Shown here in pieces: positions 26,791 through 40,741 of a stretch of 64,000 nt of DNA. Position numbers and translations under genes: made by a program. The stretch comes from Octopus vulgaris (lineage: Eukaryota). A model generated the notes under the pieces. The model made no database searches. It was not told where the DNA came from and saw only the letters and a program-made list of their open reading frames with translations. The stretch is taken from NCBI GenBank assembly GCA_951406725.2, contig OX597821.1, positions 34,534,001 through 34,598,000 of the forward strand. Direction: 5' to 3'. The first letter of the stretch is position 1, and the number at the start of each line of letters is the position of its first letter.

Positions 26791-27640
26791 CTAAGTTATA
26801 CCTGTGGTTATACACTCACTCACACACACACACACACACACACATATATAAAGAATGCTTTCATTTGCTTATCTACTGTTAGGAACAGTATGTTTGCCAT
26901 ACTCAACTTCAGATACACTCACCTACACACACGTGTACATGGGTGTGCACACACACATACCCACTCTATCCCTCCCTCTCTGTCTCTCTCTCTCTCTCTC
27001 TCTTCTTCAATATCTTCAGAAAGTTTGGGTATGACAAACTACATCTGGCTGCCGAGCTTCAGCACAAGCGAATGAGCTTATCTATGTTTCAGAGTTTGTT
27101 TATTGAATGTCTGCGGAAGTCTTATCATTATGATATAAAATGGTGTGGGTAGATAATTGAATTCTTCATATAGGATTTTTCCCCCCCTTTTTTTAAATTT
27201 TTTTTTTATTTTATTTTATTTTTTTTGCCTAAATCAGTTTTCAATATGTTCAGATAGTTGGGCAAAGTTAAGTCTAGCAGAATCTTCTAAGGCTGCCTTG
27301 ATTCTCACAGAATTTGAACTCCAACTCCTTCAACTCGCAAACTGTTGTTTTTTGTTTGTTTTATACTAAGATGGACTGCACTGACTGTCCTAACAAACAC
27401 CACCACCACCACCATCACCACTGCCGCTACTGCTACTACTTTTGAAGCCAGTAACATTGTGCCTGTTTGTAACTTCTGTGTGGTCACTTGACTTGCTAGA
27501 AATAGCTGCCATAAATCAATTTTATCACACTTGTTTGTCTTCATATGGAGTCTTCTCCTGTACTTTCTGGGACTCATTCAAAACATTATTAATCAGTAAG
27601 CTAATGTTGTCTTTTCCCCACCACATAATTCTTTCTAATA

Positions 27641-28055
27641 GGCGCAGGAGTGGCTGTGTGGTAAGTAGCTTGCTAACTAACCACATGGTTCCGGGTTCAG
27701 TCCCACTGCGTGGCATCTTGGGCAAGTGTCTTCTACTATAGCCTCAGGCCGACCAAGGCCTTGTGAGTGGATTTGGTAGACGGAAACTGAAAGAAGCCTG
27801 TCATATATATGTATATATATATTTATATGTATGTGTGTATATGTTTATGTGTCTGTGTTTGTCCCCCTAGCATTGCTTGACAACCGATACTGGTGTGTTT
27901 ACATCCCCGTAACTTAGCAGTTCGGCAAAAGAGACCTATAGAATAAGTACTGGGCTTACAAAGAATAAGTCCCGGGGTTGATTTGCTCGACTAAAGGCGG
28001 TGCTCCAGCATGGCCGCAGTCAAATGACTGAAACAAGTAAAAGAGTAAAAGAGTA
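27641..28055 (+). mobile_element. Full-length family A tRNA-derived SINE, about 410 bp
   Basis: Head ggcgcaggagtggctgtgtgg...gggttcagtccc, an internal TA/TG tract and a (TAAAAGAG)n tail. Near-identical copies recur in the window. Confidence 0.9.
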
Positions 28056-29896
28056 TACTCATTAACATTAGCTATGGCATTGTTGGTCATACTATTGTTT
28101 CTCTCGCTAGAGTGATTGAATTTAGTTTCTGATAGAGCACTCATTTTAAAAGCTGGTCGCTCTTCTTACTTGTAGCCCATCAGTCTGCTATTGTTTAATC
28201 CCAAGTTAGCCCTGTTTGAATAAACCTATGATTGAAGGTATTCTTGTCATCGCCATTTCACTCACTTTATTTCAGAGGAAAAAAATCAAAGAGAACATTA
28301 TTCAACACATCCTTCCTTGTTTTTAAAAGCGGTTGAGTGATATTTGAAAGATTTGACTACTATTTCTAGCAGGTTGTACAATCATATAGAACTTTTTCAT
28401 TGCATTAAGTAAGTGTATAACCTATTTTGTTAGTCAAGCAGACAAGAACAAGGCTGAATTATACCGTTTTTATCAAGGAAGTGCCCTGCCCAGAATCTCT
28501 GGTTTCATTGCACACAAATGTTTTATTTTACAAAGTTGATAAATTACATGCTCAGACTTCACTTGGCTTGGCAACACAATGGCTACAGTAAGATTTGAAC
28601 TTATGTCATGGTTGTGTGGTTAAGAAGTTTGCTTCCAACCTCATCGTTCCGGGGTTCACTCCCACTGCTTGGACTGCTTGGCACCATGGCCAAGTGCTTT
28701 CTATTAAAGCCCCATGCCAACAAAAGCCTTCGGAGCGGATTTTGGTAGATGGAAACTGGGAGAAAGCCATTGTGAGTGTGTGTGTTTGCGTGTGCATATG
28801 TATTTGTTTATATGTATTTAAATGTGTGTGTGTGTGTGATCAACAAAAAAAAAATACTCCATCCAATGGGAAATAAAATTCATTTTATATACGAGGAATT
28901 TAAATTTGAGCTACCATAAGTTTCAAGCTCCGATAGTACAATTGTCAGACAATATAGTATTCTATATACTATCTTGCAAATTTTCAGGGCCTGATCCTGT
29001 GTATATTAAATGACATGTGTATATGTTTATGTCTCCTTGTCTTAACATTGTGTGATAATTATGAATGAATGTTATCTGTTTCCTTTATTCTTTGAAAACA
29101 TGTCAGGTCATGGGAAAATATTATCTTGCTTGGAAACAATTATGGGTTGGCACCAGGAAGAGCATCTGGTTGTAGAAAATCTGCCCCTGTAAAACACCAT
29201 CTGACCCATGTAGGCATGGGAAAGTGGATGTAAAGTGACAATGATGATGACCGTTCTGAGTAGTGCAGTATAATAATCGGTTCTTGTTCTTATTTATTCT
29301 GTGATCAGTTCTGATTAAGCAGATCTATAATCAAAGACAGTCCACCCTTGAAATATCTTTTCTTTTTCTGTTTATTACAACATAGTGCACCTAGGATTAT
29401 ATTATTGAATGTGCCTTTTTTCTTTAGTATTTGTGTGATTTTGAGGGAGATTTGGCTGCTATATCTAGAAGCTGAGTAGTACCATAGAGACTCCCTTCGT
29501 GGTTCAATGTATAAATACTCAAATTTAGAAAAATCAAACATCCATTCCATTGTAGTTTTAAAAAGTGAATGTCAAATAATCAAAAGCTAAAATTTGAAAA
29601 ATATACTATAATAAATATTTAGATATGATTGAAATCAATTTATTAGCTTTCAGAACATATTGTTAATGAGATTATCTGTCTATTGACTTACTATTTAATT
29701 AATCGATAATAAAACTGAAGTTAACTGCAACCAGTACATGTGAATTTTTTGGTAATGTGACCCTCCCATCATACAAAACAAAAAAAAAATTATTTCTAAT
29801 GAATTTTGAACTTATTCAAGAATTTGAAAGAATATAGTAAAATAATTTGTTCATTGTGCAACCCCTTCAGGAATTCAGTTACATTGCTCAGCACTT

Positions 29897-30093
29897 TTAA
29901 CTAATTCACTTCAGATTACTCTGTCAAATGTAATGCTTATTTATTTACATTGTTTTGAATTAATTATCCATTATCTCATAGCTTCGAGATTTTGATGATG
30001 TGACTTATTTTTTAGAATGACATTGTAGGATAGGTGTGAAAGACTAGTAGAACATTTGTGCCAAATTTGGCCAGTTTAAATGCTAAAGTGTTA
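29897..30093. mobile_element. piggyBac-type MITE, degenerate copy
   Basis: Internal sequence matches 37643-37871 and it ends aatgctaaagtgttaa. Confidence 0.7.
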
Positions 30094-30132
30094 AATGCTT
30101 CTGTTCTGTTTACTGCGCTTGTGCCTTTATAC

Positions 30133-30508
30133 CCGAGGCAAGTGAAATCGAAATCGATCAAAATCAATGGAAATTGTAGTTGTGATACCAGTGCCGGTAG
30201 CACGTAAGAGAACCATCCGAACGTGGCCGTTGCCAGCACCGCCCCGACTGGCCTCTGTGCCGGTGGCATGTAAAAAGCACCATCCGATCGTGGCCGTTAC
30301 CAGCCTCGTCTGGCACCTGTGCCGGTGGCACGTAAAGAGCACCCACTACATTCACAGAGTGGTTGGCATTAGGAAGGGCATCCAGCTGTAGAAACACTGC
30401 CTGATCAGACTGGGCCTGGTTCAGCCTTCTGACTTCCCAGACCCCAGTTGAACCGTCCAACCCTTACTAGCATGGAAAGCGGACGTTAAACGATGATGAT
30501 GATGATGA
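30133..30508 (+). mobile_element. Family B retroposon with (GAT)n tail
   Basis: Reverse-orientation match to 12175-12598. Confidence 0.85.
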
Positions 30509-30559
30509 CTGTAACCCAATTTCATGTCCCTGACTGTTTTGAATACATTTCCACTAACC

Positions 30560-31330
30560 TCATCTATTGTATCCAGTGTTGGCTTTTATTTTAATACCAG
30601 AGAATATATTGACTCTCTTACTGAGATAGGGAAAGTGACTGAAGTTTCTTGACAGTATTAGTCTCTTTGAAAAACTTATTTTTATTCCGATAGCAGAGAT
30701 TCATCTTAGTAAGATCAGAATCAATCTTATCCTTCTCCTGGAGCATAAAATTGAGAGTTTGTAGATAATTCATTTTATTAGTAAGAAACGGCATATCTTA
30801 CATCCATTCATCATATTCCAATTGAAGATAGAATCAGTTCTTAATAGAAAAGTAATAACAGGCTCCAACGGATCTACAAACCTACTTAAGGCATTGCAGG
30901 TTGACAACCGTCTCACACTGCAAATAGATAGAGACATCAGTGGGTTTATCTTTTAGCTCCTGTTCTTCAATGAAATTTCTGAAATGTTCATAAGTTTTTC
31001 TCATTTAAGCATATAATATTGATAATTTCAAGGTGGATTTCATAACATCTTCATACTGGAAGCACCTGGCTGCCATGTGTTTATGATGAATAATGCAATG
31101 AACAGGGAGATCTATCGAAAGAGGGGACTGCTTTTCATAAGTGCAATCAATCCTGCATTTTTCCTACCATTGCAGGTGCTGCAACACTGAGTTTGCTTAG
31201 TAGAGCATCAGCATTTGCTGAGGCTCTGTTAAGCACATTTTTAATGTGAATATTATGAGTTGTTCTTTCAATGTATTCTAAATCCAGTATCTCTTTTGTG
31301 GGAAACATAGTAAACAGCTACTACCAGGTG
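30560..31330 (-). pseudogene. Relic hAT (Charlie/SPIN/GTF2IRD2-like) transposase
   Basis: Manual minus-strand translation across frameshifts gives APAMVGK, PVHCIIH (31086-31107), VRRLS (for VRWLS), WM*DMPFLTNKMNYLQTLNFMLQEK and SHFPYL, in the order expected for this family. Confidence 0.7.
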
Positions 31331-31592
31331 GCTTATTTTTTATGCTAATGAAGTACCCTGTCGTTATTTGTATTAATTTTGAAAACAAAACTTGCTTCTC
31401 ACAATATAGAAACATTTCTCATGACTCCAGCAAACAAAATGTTTGCCGTGGAAGATGGCAAGGGAGATACACTGGAACAGCCACTCTGACTCATGGGGGC
31501 TGTCACTTGCAGACAGCCATCTCTGCCCTGATAGTGGTGAGCAGGGATATAATCTGGGTGCCAAGAATGCTGGATGTCTACTGCCACAGGCT

Positions 31593-31899
31593 GTGGAGGC
31601 ACATGGCCTAGTGGTTAGAGCAGCGGACTCGCCGTCGAGGGATCGCGGGTTCGAATCTCAGACCGTGTGATGTGTGTGTTTATGAGCGAAAACACCTAAG
31701 CTCCACACGGCTCCGGCAGAAGGTAATGGCGAACTTCTGCTGACTCTTTCACCACAACTTTCTCTCGCTCTTTCCTCCTGCATCTTGCAGCTCACCTGCG
31801 ATGGACCGGTGTCCCATCCAGGTGGGGAACCTATACGCCAAAGAAACCGGGAAACTGGCCCTTATGAGCCAGGCATGGCTCGAGAAGGAACAAACAACA
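31593..31899 (+). mobile_element. Full-length family C tRNA-derived SINE with 13-bp TSD
   Basis: A-box TGGCCTAGTGG and B-box GGTTCGAATCT. TSD ACTGCCACAGGCT at 31580-31592 and 31900-31912. Confidence 0.93.
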
Positions 31900-32804
31900 A
31901 CTGCCACAGGCTCAGCCATAAACTTGTTGGAGAGTGACTCATACCTTGAGTTTGCTTTTCTCAGCCTGACGAGCAGCAGAGCCTGGGCAGGTGTTGACTG
32001 TAGATTTGACAAGAGTTAACCTGAATGCAATCGTCATCATCATCAAACATCTGTGATCCATGCTTGCATGGGTTGAATGGTTTGACAGGATCCAATGTGT
32101 CCCAGGAGTGCAGTGTGATCCATTGTTTACTTTGGCATAGTTCTTAGGCTAGATGCCCTTCCTAATACCAACCACTTGACCACTTTACACCATGGACTGG
32201 GTACTTTTTCATGTCCCCTGCACTATTGAAGCCACAATGTAGTTTGCAGGATGAACAAGTTGTGGAAGAGATTGGGAGTGGGGACAGCTTTGTAGTAATC
32301 AAGGGGATTACTGTGAGAAGTGTGGAGCTGGGCAGGTTCTTGTAGAGGGGTCTGTATGGCTACTCATATCTGGTAGGGGAAGAAGGAGAGAGAAAGAAAA
32401 AAGCTCAGTAGGAGCTACAAGCGATAGATAATAGAGAATGGCAATGAGATGCCCAAGTGACCCCATGTGGCACAAGTTGAGTAAAAGTGGTTGGGCAGTT
32501 TACAAGATTGTATGGAAAGGAGAATGAGGGTATGGGGAGGCAGACTGCTAAATAGGGTAAGGATGAAGGGTGTGTGAACAAAGAACCATGAGCTGAGGAA
32601 GCATGCAGCACTAGCACTTATCAGGAAGACATTCATCTCTACATGTGGTCTGAAACTGGGGTTTAGGCTATTAGTCTTTGAACTTAAGGGTTTTCCAGAT
32701 GTAACATTGTAATATAATTTAAAAGGTTCTTATTGAAAGTTATAGTGGAAGGGTTAAATTCAAATATGAACAATTTAAAATGCATAGTTTATTTTTCATT
32801 TTTG

Positions 32805-33068
32805 CCTTGACTGGCTTCTGTGCTGCTGGCACATAAAAAGCACAAACCAATCATGGCCGCTGCCCGCCTCCCCTGGCACGTAAAAAGCACCCACTACACT
32901 CACGGAGTGGTTGGCGTTTGGAAGGACATCCAGCTGTAGAAACACTGCCAGATCAGACTGGAACCTGGTGCAGCCTCCTGGCTTCCCAGACCCTGGTCAA
33001 ACTGTCCAACCCGTGCTAGCATGGAAAACGGGCGTTAAACAATGATGATGATTATGATGATGATGATG
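32805..33068 (+). mobile_element. Family B retroposon
   Basis: Family B core and (GAT)n tail. Confidence 0.85.
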
Positions 33069-33438
33069 AAATCATGAACAGTCTCAGGTAGACTGATATT
33101 AAAGGAATAAATCAAATAATACCAAATATTTACCACATTCACCTTCAACTGGCATGTGTTCTAGTTGGCATAGCTACAGATATAATCTTACCAGATAATA
33201 TCTGATGCCAACTGTATTAGGAAGTTGTAGCAACATCTGGAATGTTAGTAAATTCAGAGCTGATATTTTTCTGATTGAATAGACTTCCTGGGCTCAACTG
33301 TGATTGAAGGTTGAAACAGGAAGGAAAGAGCGATGTGCAAAGCTAGTAAAAAAAAAAAAACAACCAAAAATAAAAAAACAAAGAAAAATTTACCTACATT
33401 CTCTCTAGGGGCTGTGGTGTAGTAGCAAGCTTCCAGTT

Positions 33439-33747
33439 TGTGGAGGCACATGGCCTAGTGGTTAGAGCAGCAGACTCATGGCCGAGGGATCGCGGGTTCG
33501 AATCTCAGACCGGGTGATGAGTGTGTTTTTTTGAGCAAAACACCTAAGCTCCACGCGGCTCCGGCAGAAGGTAATGGCGAAACTTCTGCTGACTCTTTCG
33601 CCACAACTTTCCCTCACTCTTTCCTTCTGCATCTTGCAGCTCACCTGCGATGGACCAGCGTCCCGTCCAGGTGAGGAACCTATACGCCAAGAAACCGAGA
33701 AACCGGCCCTTATTAGCCAGGCATGGCTCGAGAAGGAACAAACAAAA
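33439..33747 (+). mobile_element. Full-length family C SINE with 12-bp TSD
   Basis: TSD AAGCTTCCAGTT at 33427-33438 and 33748-33759. A and B boxes as in the copy at 31593. Confidence 0.93.
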
Positions 33748-35618
33748 AAGCTTCCAGTTAGCCAAATCTGGTGTGTATTTTTGATGTTATCTTGTAGCAG
33801 TTTCACTGCAATTGGCTTGTTAAGTCTTTTGAAAACAACATGAATGTCACATATCAGAACGTCACAAATGTCACACACTTTCGCCTTTCCTTAACATGTG
33901 TCTGTAGATTTGGAGTAAGAAATACTACTCAAGTGTATAGTGCATTAGAGTAGTACATATTGAATCTTTGCTTCAGCAGAGCAACAGAAACTAAGTGCTC
34001 ACTAGGTAACTGTGGAGATTAGTTCAATTAACAATATCCGTCTCCAGAAATTTGTGGACTTGCACCTATATAAAATACGTACGTACATACATACTAAAAT
34101 ACATACATACATACATAAATTCATGTGTGTGTATCTCTCTATATACACACACTCTTGTATATATTGAAGAAAGTATGTTAATATTTATGTTGTTGTTTAG
34201 CCCCATATTAGCTCTAGTTAAATAGATTTGTGATCAGTCATTCTAGATTTTTTATTTTCCTTAGACATAGTGCATCTTGGACAACATAATCTAATATATT
34301 GTTCCCTTTTTATGATTATAGAAGGTGATTTAAAGAAGATTTGGCTACATTTGCTTGTAATTTAAGCTTCCTGATAGACTTAATAATAGTATGTTGTTGT
34401 TTAGACTAGTCTGTGATCAAAAGCATTCAGTGGCCATTACTTATTTATGTTTATTGTTTAATACATAAATTAAGATGCCAGGGTGTATTTTGAGGCAAAT
34501 TTGGTTGCTACTTCTAGCAGATTGAGCAACCACATAAAGGATTCCTTGCAGACTCATTGATAAAAGAATTGATTAGTAGGTGAAGGAATCAAACAAAAAA
34601 AGCCTTGCAGGATTTAATTAACATCTCTTCAAGTTCCAGAATTGATAAAATAAGTAGCAGAAATATGCTACTAATTAATTCATTAATTAAATAAACTACA
34701 CCTGTTCCCTTTTAAGTATACAAGTCTTGTATCAATGTTAGCAATTTACCAGTAGGTCTTAAGCTATACTTTACAACCTACTGTTCAAATCTAGAATTAC
34801 ACTGATTATAGGAATGCATGCAGCTGTTCTGGACACATATTTGCCAACACATTTAATTTTAGTGTGATGTTTTAATAACTAAAGTGGTTGGAATAATCCT
34901 GCTGTTTTTAATGACAAAACTGGCTGCTATAATAAGGATGTTTTAAAATAAGAGAATGGCTGTTTAATTCAGAAACCACTGTTCACACTAATTGATGATA
35001 AGACTGATGCTTCAACTATTAACAGATTCCCTGGCATTTCCGAGTATACTTGGATGCATTGTTGACTATACTTGAAGGACTTTTGTGTAGAATGAGACCA
35101 AAGCCTTTAAGCTAATAAATTGACTGATCAGGCACTTGAATCAGTCTTTATCAAGGTTGATTACTGACTTGAGCTTACCTGTTTGGACAGCTTTTGCATT
35201 TGATATTGTGTAGTCCTAGATCAGTCTTATCTGAGCCATCTCAGCTGTGACCATGCTTCCTTTTAATCTGACATAGTGTATCTACGTCTGCACCATCAAA
35301 TGTTTGTGTTTTAGTCATAGATCAACCTTGGTCCAGCAGACCTATGATCAAAGTCATCTTGTGCTTTTATATATCAAAGACAGCATTGCTGAAGAATGTA
35401 TTGCATGGCTTGAGCGTCCCTTGGTCATTCAGCTTGTAGTAGGTTGAATAACTGCAGAGAAGCTTTCCTGTTAGTTTGCTATTACTTTTGTTTTCTAATT
35501 AAGTGGTTCGTTATGTGACAACTTTTTGCTAGCTTATCTTTTATAGGAGGGATTTTAAAAATCCTTAAATCAAAATTAAATTTGTTCCCTAACAGAATAT
35601 CAACAACATTACCATGAC

Positions 35619-36010
35619 TTACTCTTTTACTTGTTTCAGTCATTTGACTGCGGCCATGCTGGAGCACTGCCTTTAGTCGAGCAAATCGACTCCAGGACTT
35701 ATTCTTTCTAAGCCCAGTACTTATTCTATCGATCTCTTTTGCCGAACCGCTAAGTTACGGGGACGTAAACACACCAGCATCGGTTGTCAAGCAATGCTAG
35801 GGGGACAAACACAAACACACACACGCATATATGTATATACATATATACGACGGGCTTCTTTCAGTTTCCGTCTACTAAATCCACTCACAAGGCTTTGGTT
35901 GGCTTGCGGCTATAGTAGAAGACATTTGCCCAAGATGCCACGCAGTGGGACTGAACCCGGAACCATGTGGTTGGTAAGCAAGCTACTTACCACAGAGCCA
36001 CTCCTGCGCC
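35619..36010 (-). mobile_element. Full-length family A SINE
   Basis: Reverse complement of the 27641-28055 type. Confidence 0.9.
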
Positions 36011-37642
36011 TGTTCACTTTTGATTCCTGGTGGTTGTGGTAATAGAAACATCTAGAAACATTTATGAGAAGAAAAAAATATTTTAATTCTGTCAGGTCTA
36101 CAAGAAGTCTTGAATTAAACACTACAAGTTAATGAAACATTATTTTAATTATACATTGGTTCCACTAACAGTAGTTTGTTATATCCTTTCCATTAATTGT
36201 TGTTATTTCAAATACATGTCATCCTATAACATTTTTCTCCATTTGTACACTATGTACATTCATTGACATCATACAGCCATAGCAGTGCAGACAACTGTCA
36301 GTCTGTCTGTTGTGATGTCCAGCCCACCACTTACAGTTCAATCTATATCGTTATTGCATTCTCTTTGTTGACTTCAGATTGAGTTTAAAATGAAAGACCT
36401 TCTAAGTATGCCGTAAATGACATTGTGGCTATTGATGGTTCTGTAAATGCTTCTGATAATACAAAATTGAGGTGAGATCAAAAGAATAAAGATCTTCTCT
36501 CTTGTTAATGCAACTGAGTAAGGTTGGGAATAGAATGTCACAGAATTTAGCTTTCTTCGTGCAGGTTGTAATGAAATGTGATTTAGCTGAGCTAGATTAC
36601 ATTAAAATGATCCATTAAAACACAAGCATACATGCACACGACCGTTTAAGAAGTTCATTACAGTCATATAGTTTTGGTTTGATCTTAGTACTGCTTGGTA
36701 CTGCAGGTGAATGTCTTCTATCGTAGCTTTGGTTTGACCAATGCTTTGCGAGTAAAATTTAGTAGATGGGAATTGCTCTTTGGATATGTGTATATATGTT
36801 TGTGTATGGAATGTTTGTGCATTGAATGGCAAAAACATTGGGACATCAAATGAAAATACCTTGTGGTACTTCAATCCGTATCAGTTGTTTTCTATTTTTC
36901 TCTGAGTACGAAATGTATACAAAAATGATGGGGTTGACATAATTGGGAAAAGTTCTTGCAAATGGTGCTCCAACATGGCCAGTCCAATCAGTGCAATCAG
37001 TAAGAGAATATATGATGCTCTTTGAATTTCTTCTCCACATATTTCTGTTCATTTCAGACCCAGCTGCTTCATAATATAATGTATTAACTTTGTGTGTATA
37101 ACTTAGTCAGATGAGGCAGGGCAGTATCCATAAGCTTAGATTTTTAAAGGTATTTGAGACTGATGAGGAAGTGTAAGAAACTTTGACTAATAGCAGTTAT
37201 CTTCAGATTGGATGTTTGTGCTGAATGTTTCCAACAGAGAAGACTCTGATCAAGATACCCAAAAGTCTAGGTGCTTGTCCACCACACATCAAAAGTAACA
37301 GTTCTTTCATCTGACTGACTTTTGTATGGTTTTTGTTGGACTATGCAAAGCTATGATAGAAGACTCTTGCTGAAGGTGACATGCAGTGTCATTAAATCTA
37401 GAAACTATTTGGTAACAAAGTTTATTTCTTGACTGTATGGTCATGCCATTTCAGTTGGACACATGATAAATGTTGAAGCTAGAAAAATATTTTAAAAGAG
37501 CCGTGGACAAACTGGTTTAAGAACAAGAGCTCTCATAGTTTTAGTTGTCTGACATATATTAAATTGTTATTTAGACTGATTGAGGACTTAACTACCACAG
37601 ATATAACACTTGTTGCCAAATCCTGAACTGTAAGAAACTTGT

Positions 37643-37871
37643 TTAACCCTTTAGTATTCAGATTATTCTGTCAAATGTGATGTTTGTTTATTTATATTGT
37701 TTTGAATTAATCATGTATTATCTTGTAGTTTAGAGATTGCAGTAATGTGGTTTTTTTAGTTTTAGAATGACATGATAGGGCTGAGGTGAGTGGCAAGCTC
37801 TGGTCAGATTCAATATAAAACAGGTTAAATATTCTGGCCGGATATGGCCGGTTTGAATGCTAAAGGGTTAA
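37643..37871. mobile_element. piggyBac-type MITE, about 225 bp
   Basis: TTAA-CCCTTTAGTATTCA ... TGAATGCTAAAGGG-TTAA: TTAA target with CCC/GGG termini. Further copies at 42049-42270, about 50573-50753, 59685-60495 and about 62395-62621. Confidence 0.85.
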
Positions 37872-37935
37872 TACGTCTTGTTCAGTAAACAAAGTGTATG
37901 TTGACTGAAAACTTAAATGTTTAATTTCATTTGTT

Positions 37936-38336
37936 CTCTTTTACTCTTTTACTTGTTTCAGTCATTTGACTGTGGCCATGCTGGAGCACCGCCTTTAGTC
38001 AAGCAAATCGACCACGGGACTTATTCTTTGTAAGCCCAGTACTTATTCTATCGGTCTCTTTTGCCGAACCACTAAGTCACAGGGACGTAAACACACCAGC
38101 ATCGGTTGTCAAGCAAGGCTAGGGGGACAAACACAGACACAAAAACATACACACACATATATATACATATATACGACGGGCTTCTTTCAGTTTCCGTCTA
38201 CCAAATCCACTCACAAGGCTTTGGTCGGCCTGAGGCTATAGTAAAAGACACTTGCCCAAGATGCCACGCAGTGGGACTGAACCCGGAACCACGTGATTGG
38301 TAAGCAAGCTACTTACCACACAGCCACTCCTGCGCC
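37936..38336 (-). mobile_element. Full-length family A SINE
   Basis: Reverse complement of the 27641-28055 type. Confidence 0.9.
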
Positions 38337-38972
38337 TGTTCGTTTAATATTTACATACACCTTGATCATCATCTGATTGTGGCATGCTATACCTTTTTGG
38401 AAAGTTCTATCTCTAAGCTACAACATGAAAATTTCACCTCTCGAGATCTGTTTCTAGGTCCAAAAACCAAACCAAAGCTAAATTCATATGATAAAAGTTA
38501 GTGGTAGCTCCTGCTAATATTTTATACCTGTTTAGCAGATTAGTGTTTCCAAAGCTAACTTTTTTCGTTAGCGGATTAGTGGTTAGAGAACCTAACATTT
38601 TGGTTAGCTGTTAACAAGCATATTCTTTGTATAAGGGTGTGTTTTGAGAGATATTCAGCTGCTCTGTCTAGCATGTTGCATGACAGTGTAGAGGCCTCCC
38701 AGTATTCTGTTGTAGTGGTTGGGAGGTGGACTATTGAAGCTTTAATTATATATTGTATCAGCCTGGTGGTCAAGTTGACACTGCATATAATTAAAAGCTC
38801 AAATTACAAATTGAAGGAGTGTGGGGGAGAGGGGTGAGAGGATTCAACTAGAATCAAACCTGTTGCGAAATTTCCATATCTGCAACATCATGCCTACATG
38901 GTATAGCATGCCATATTATTATGTATAAGTTGATGAAAACTGACAGAACAAGCAGCAGTTATTTATGTATTA

Positions 38973-39369
38973 CTAGCAGTATCGCCCGGCGTTGCTCGGG
39001 TTTGTAAGGGAAATAACTATATAAGCATTTTTAGAGAGTTATAGCCAAAAAATAGCAAAAAATGCATTAAAAATGGGAAAAAAATTATGGTAAATTTTTG
39101 TTTTAAATCGTTGACTCATCGTAGACATTTTTAGAGAGTTACTTCCCTTATATAATAGCGAAAAAATGCATTAAAATGGAAAAAATGATGGTAAATTTTT
39201 TTTTAAATCGTAGACTCATCGTAGACGCGCGCTAATACCCAGAAGGGCTTGATATGAATCACGACTATAAGATACCCGGTTTTGGTTAAACTGCACCGCA
39301 AAATGTGGGAGTAGTTAGGAATCTAAATCGTAGGAGACAGACACACAACTTGACTTTTATATATAAAGA
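38973..39369 (-). mobile_element. Non-autonomous Helitron with an internal tandem duplication of about 100 bp
   Basis: Minus strand reads A|TCTTTATATATAAAAG...CTAG|T, with a GC-rich hairpin cccggcgttgctcggg at 38985-39000. CpGs are retained, suggesting a young copy. Confidence 0.85.
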
Positions 39370-40741
39370 TTTGCTATTGTTTTGATTGAGGCATGTTGTA
39401 CTCTGTAACAAACAGAATCATAATGATGGCAGTGAATAAGATTAGCCTTGTTAATTTTAAACTAGTTAGTTGTTGTGTAGCTCCAAGTTATCTGGCAAGG
39501 TATGACCAGAGACGTTCCAGCTGTGGCCATTCTGTTATTTTCATATTCGTGGGACTACATTTGTCCAGAGTGTTCATCACTGAAGATGGCAGGTTGTAGT
39601 TCGAGGGAGATTTTGCTGTTACCTCTTGCAGGTTAACTAACTGCATACAGGCTCACAGTGGTTAGTAAATGGAGTTCATGTAAATGTTATTACATGTTGT
39701 CAGTCTGTAAAGCAGTGATAAGAACCAGTTAGTAAGCGGGCGAACCAACCTTTCTGGTGCCACATCAGAAGCAACAAGTCAGAATGAACTTATGTTGGAA
39801 TTACTGGGGGGAAAATATCGAGAAGACATTGTCTGTTTGAAATCAGTAATTCTATTTATATTTTAATTCATTTTCTTGGTATTATTTGCACATTAGTGCA
39901 CAAACTTGTACATGCACAGTTGCACACTAATCTTGGCATTTTACTGATTAATGAGTTAGCAAACATTTGGTTTTAAAAGAACAAAAAAAAAAAAATTTTT
40001 TTTTAAAAGAGTTAGAGAAAAGAAGAAAAAAAAATCCTCCAAGGTAGGGAGGAATGGAATATTGTGTGACATTTCTCAAAAAAGTGATTTGTTTGTTGAA
40101 GCAAGAAATTCTGTTATAGTTCAGGTCTGCTATGAAATGTCATGATGTATTCAAGCATTGACTATCAATAATCAGTGTAGAAGCTGTCTTATGTATGTAT
40201 GTATGTGTGTATGTATGTGTGTATGTGTGTGTGTGTATGTATGTATTTATGTATGTATGTATGTATGTATGTACGTACGTATATGTGGTGTGTGTGTGTG
40301 GGGGGGTTGTGCACACATGTGCAACGTGTGCACAATCCATCTGCTGTGTCTTGTGTTCTGAATATAAACATGAAGGTAATGCATATATATACTTTTTTTT
40401 TATTTGAATTTTAGAAAATTTTATTTTTAAAAAGAAAATATTGATTTCTCTGTGGCCTCTAGGTTTTTGTTTATACAAGCAGAATAAAAATTTGTGGTGT
40501 TCATTCATTTCTCAGTGTTTCTACTTTAGGGAAACCTCTTATGCAATCTATTGATCTCTTAGAAATAGCAGCAAAATCTCCCTCAAAGCATCTTTGCTGT
40601 GTTATATTAAAATTGAAAGGTCACATTAAATATTATACTTCTAGGTATCCATAAAGAAGATGAGATGTTAACAATTGGATTGTCTTTAGTCACAAATTTG
40701 CTCAATCAGGGTTAATGTGAAGCTTACACATATAACATATA

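Noticed and set aside
31593-31670. tRNA gene
   Set aside because: A and B boxes are present, but the sequence continues into a SINE body with a tail and TSD.
37155-37190. CTGATGA...GAAA hammerhead-like spacing
   Set aside because: No stem II, stem III or stem I pairing.
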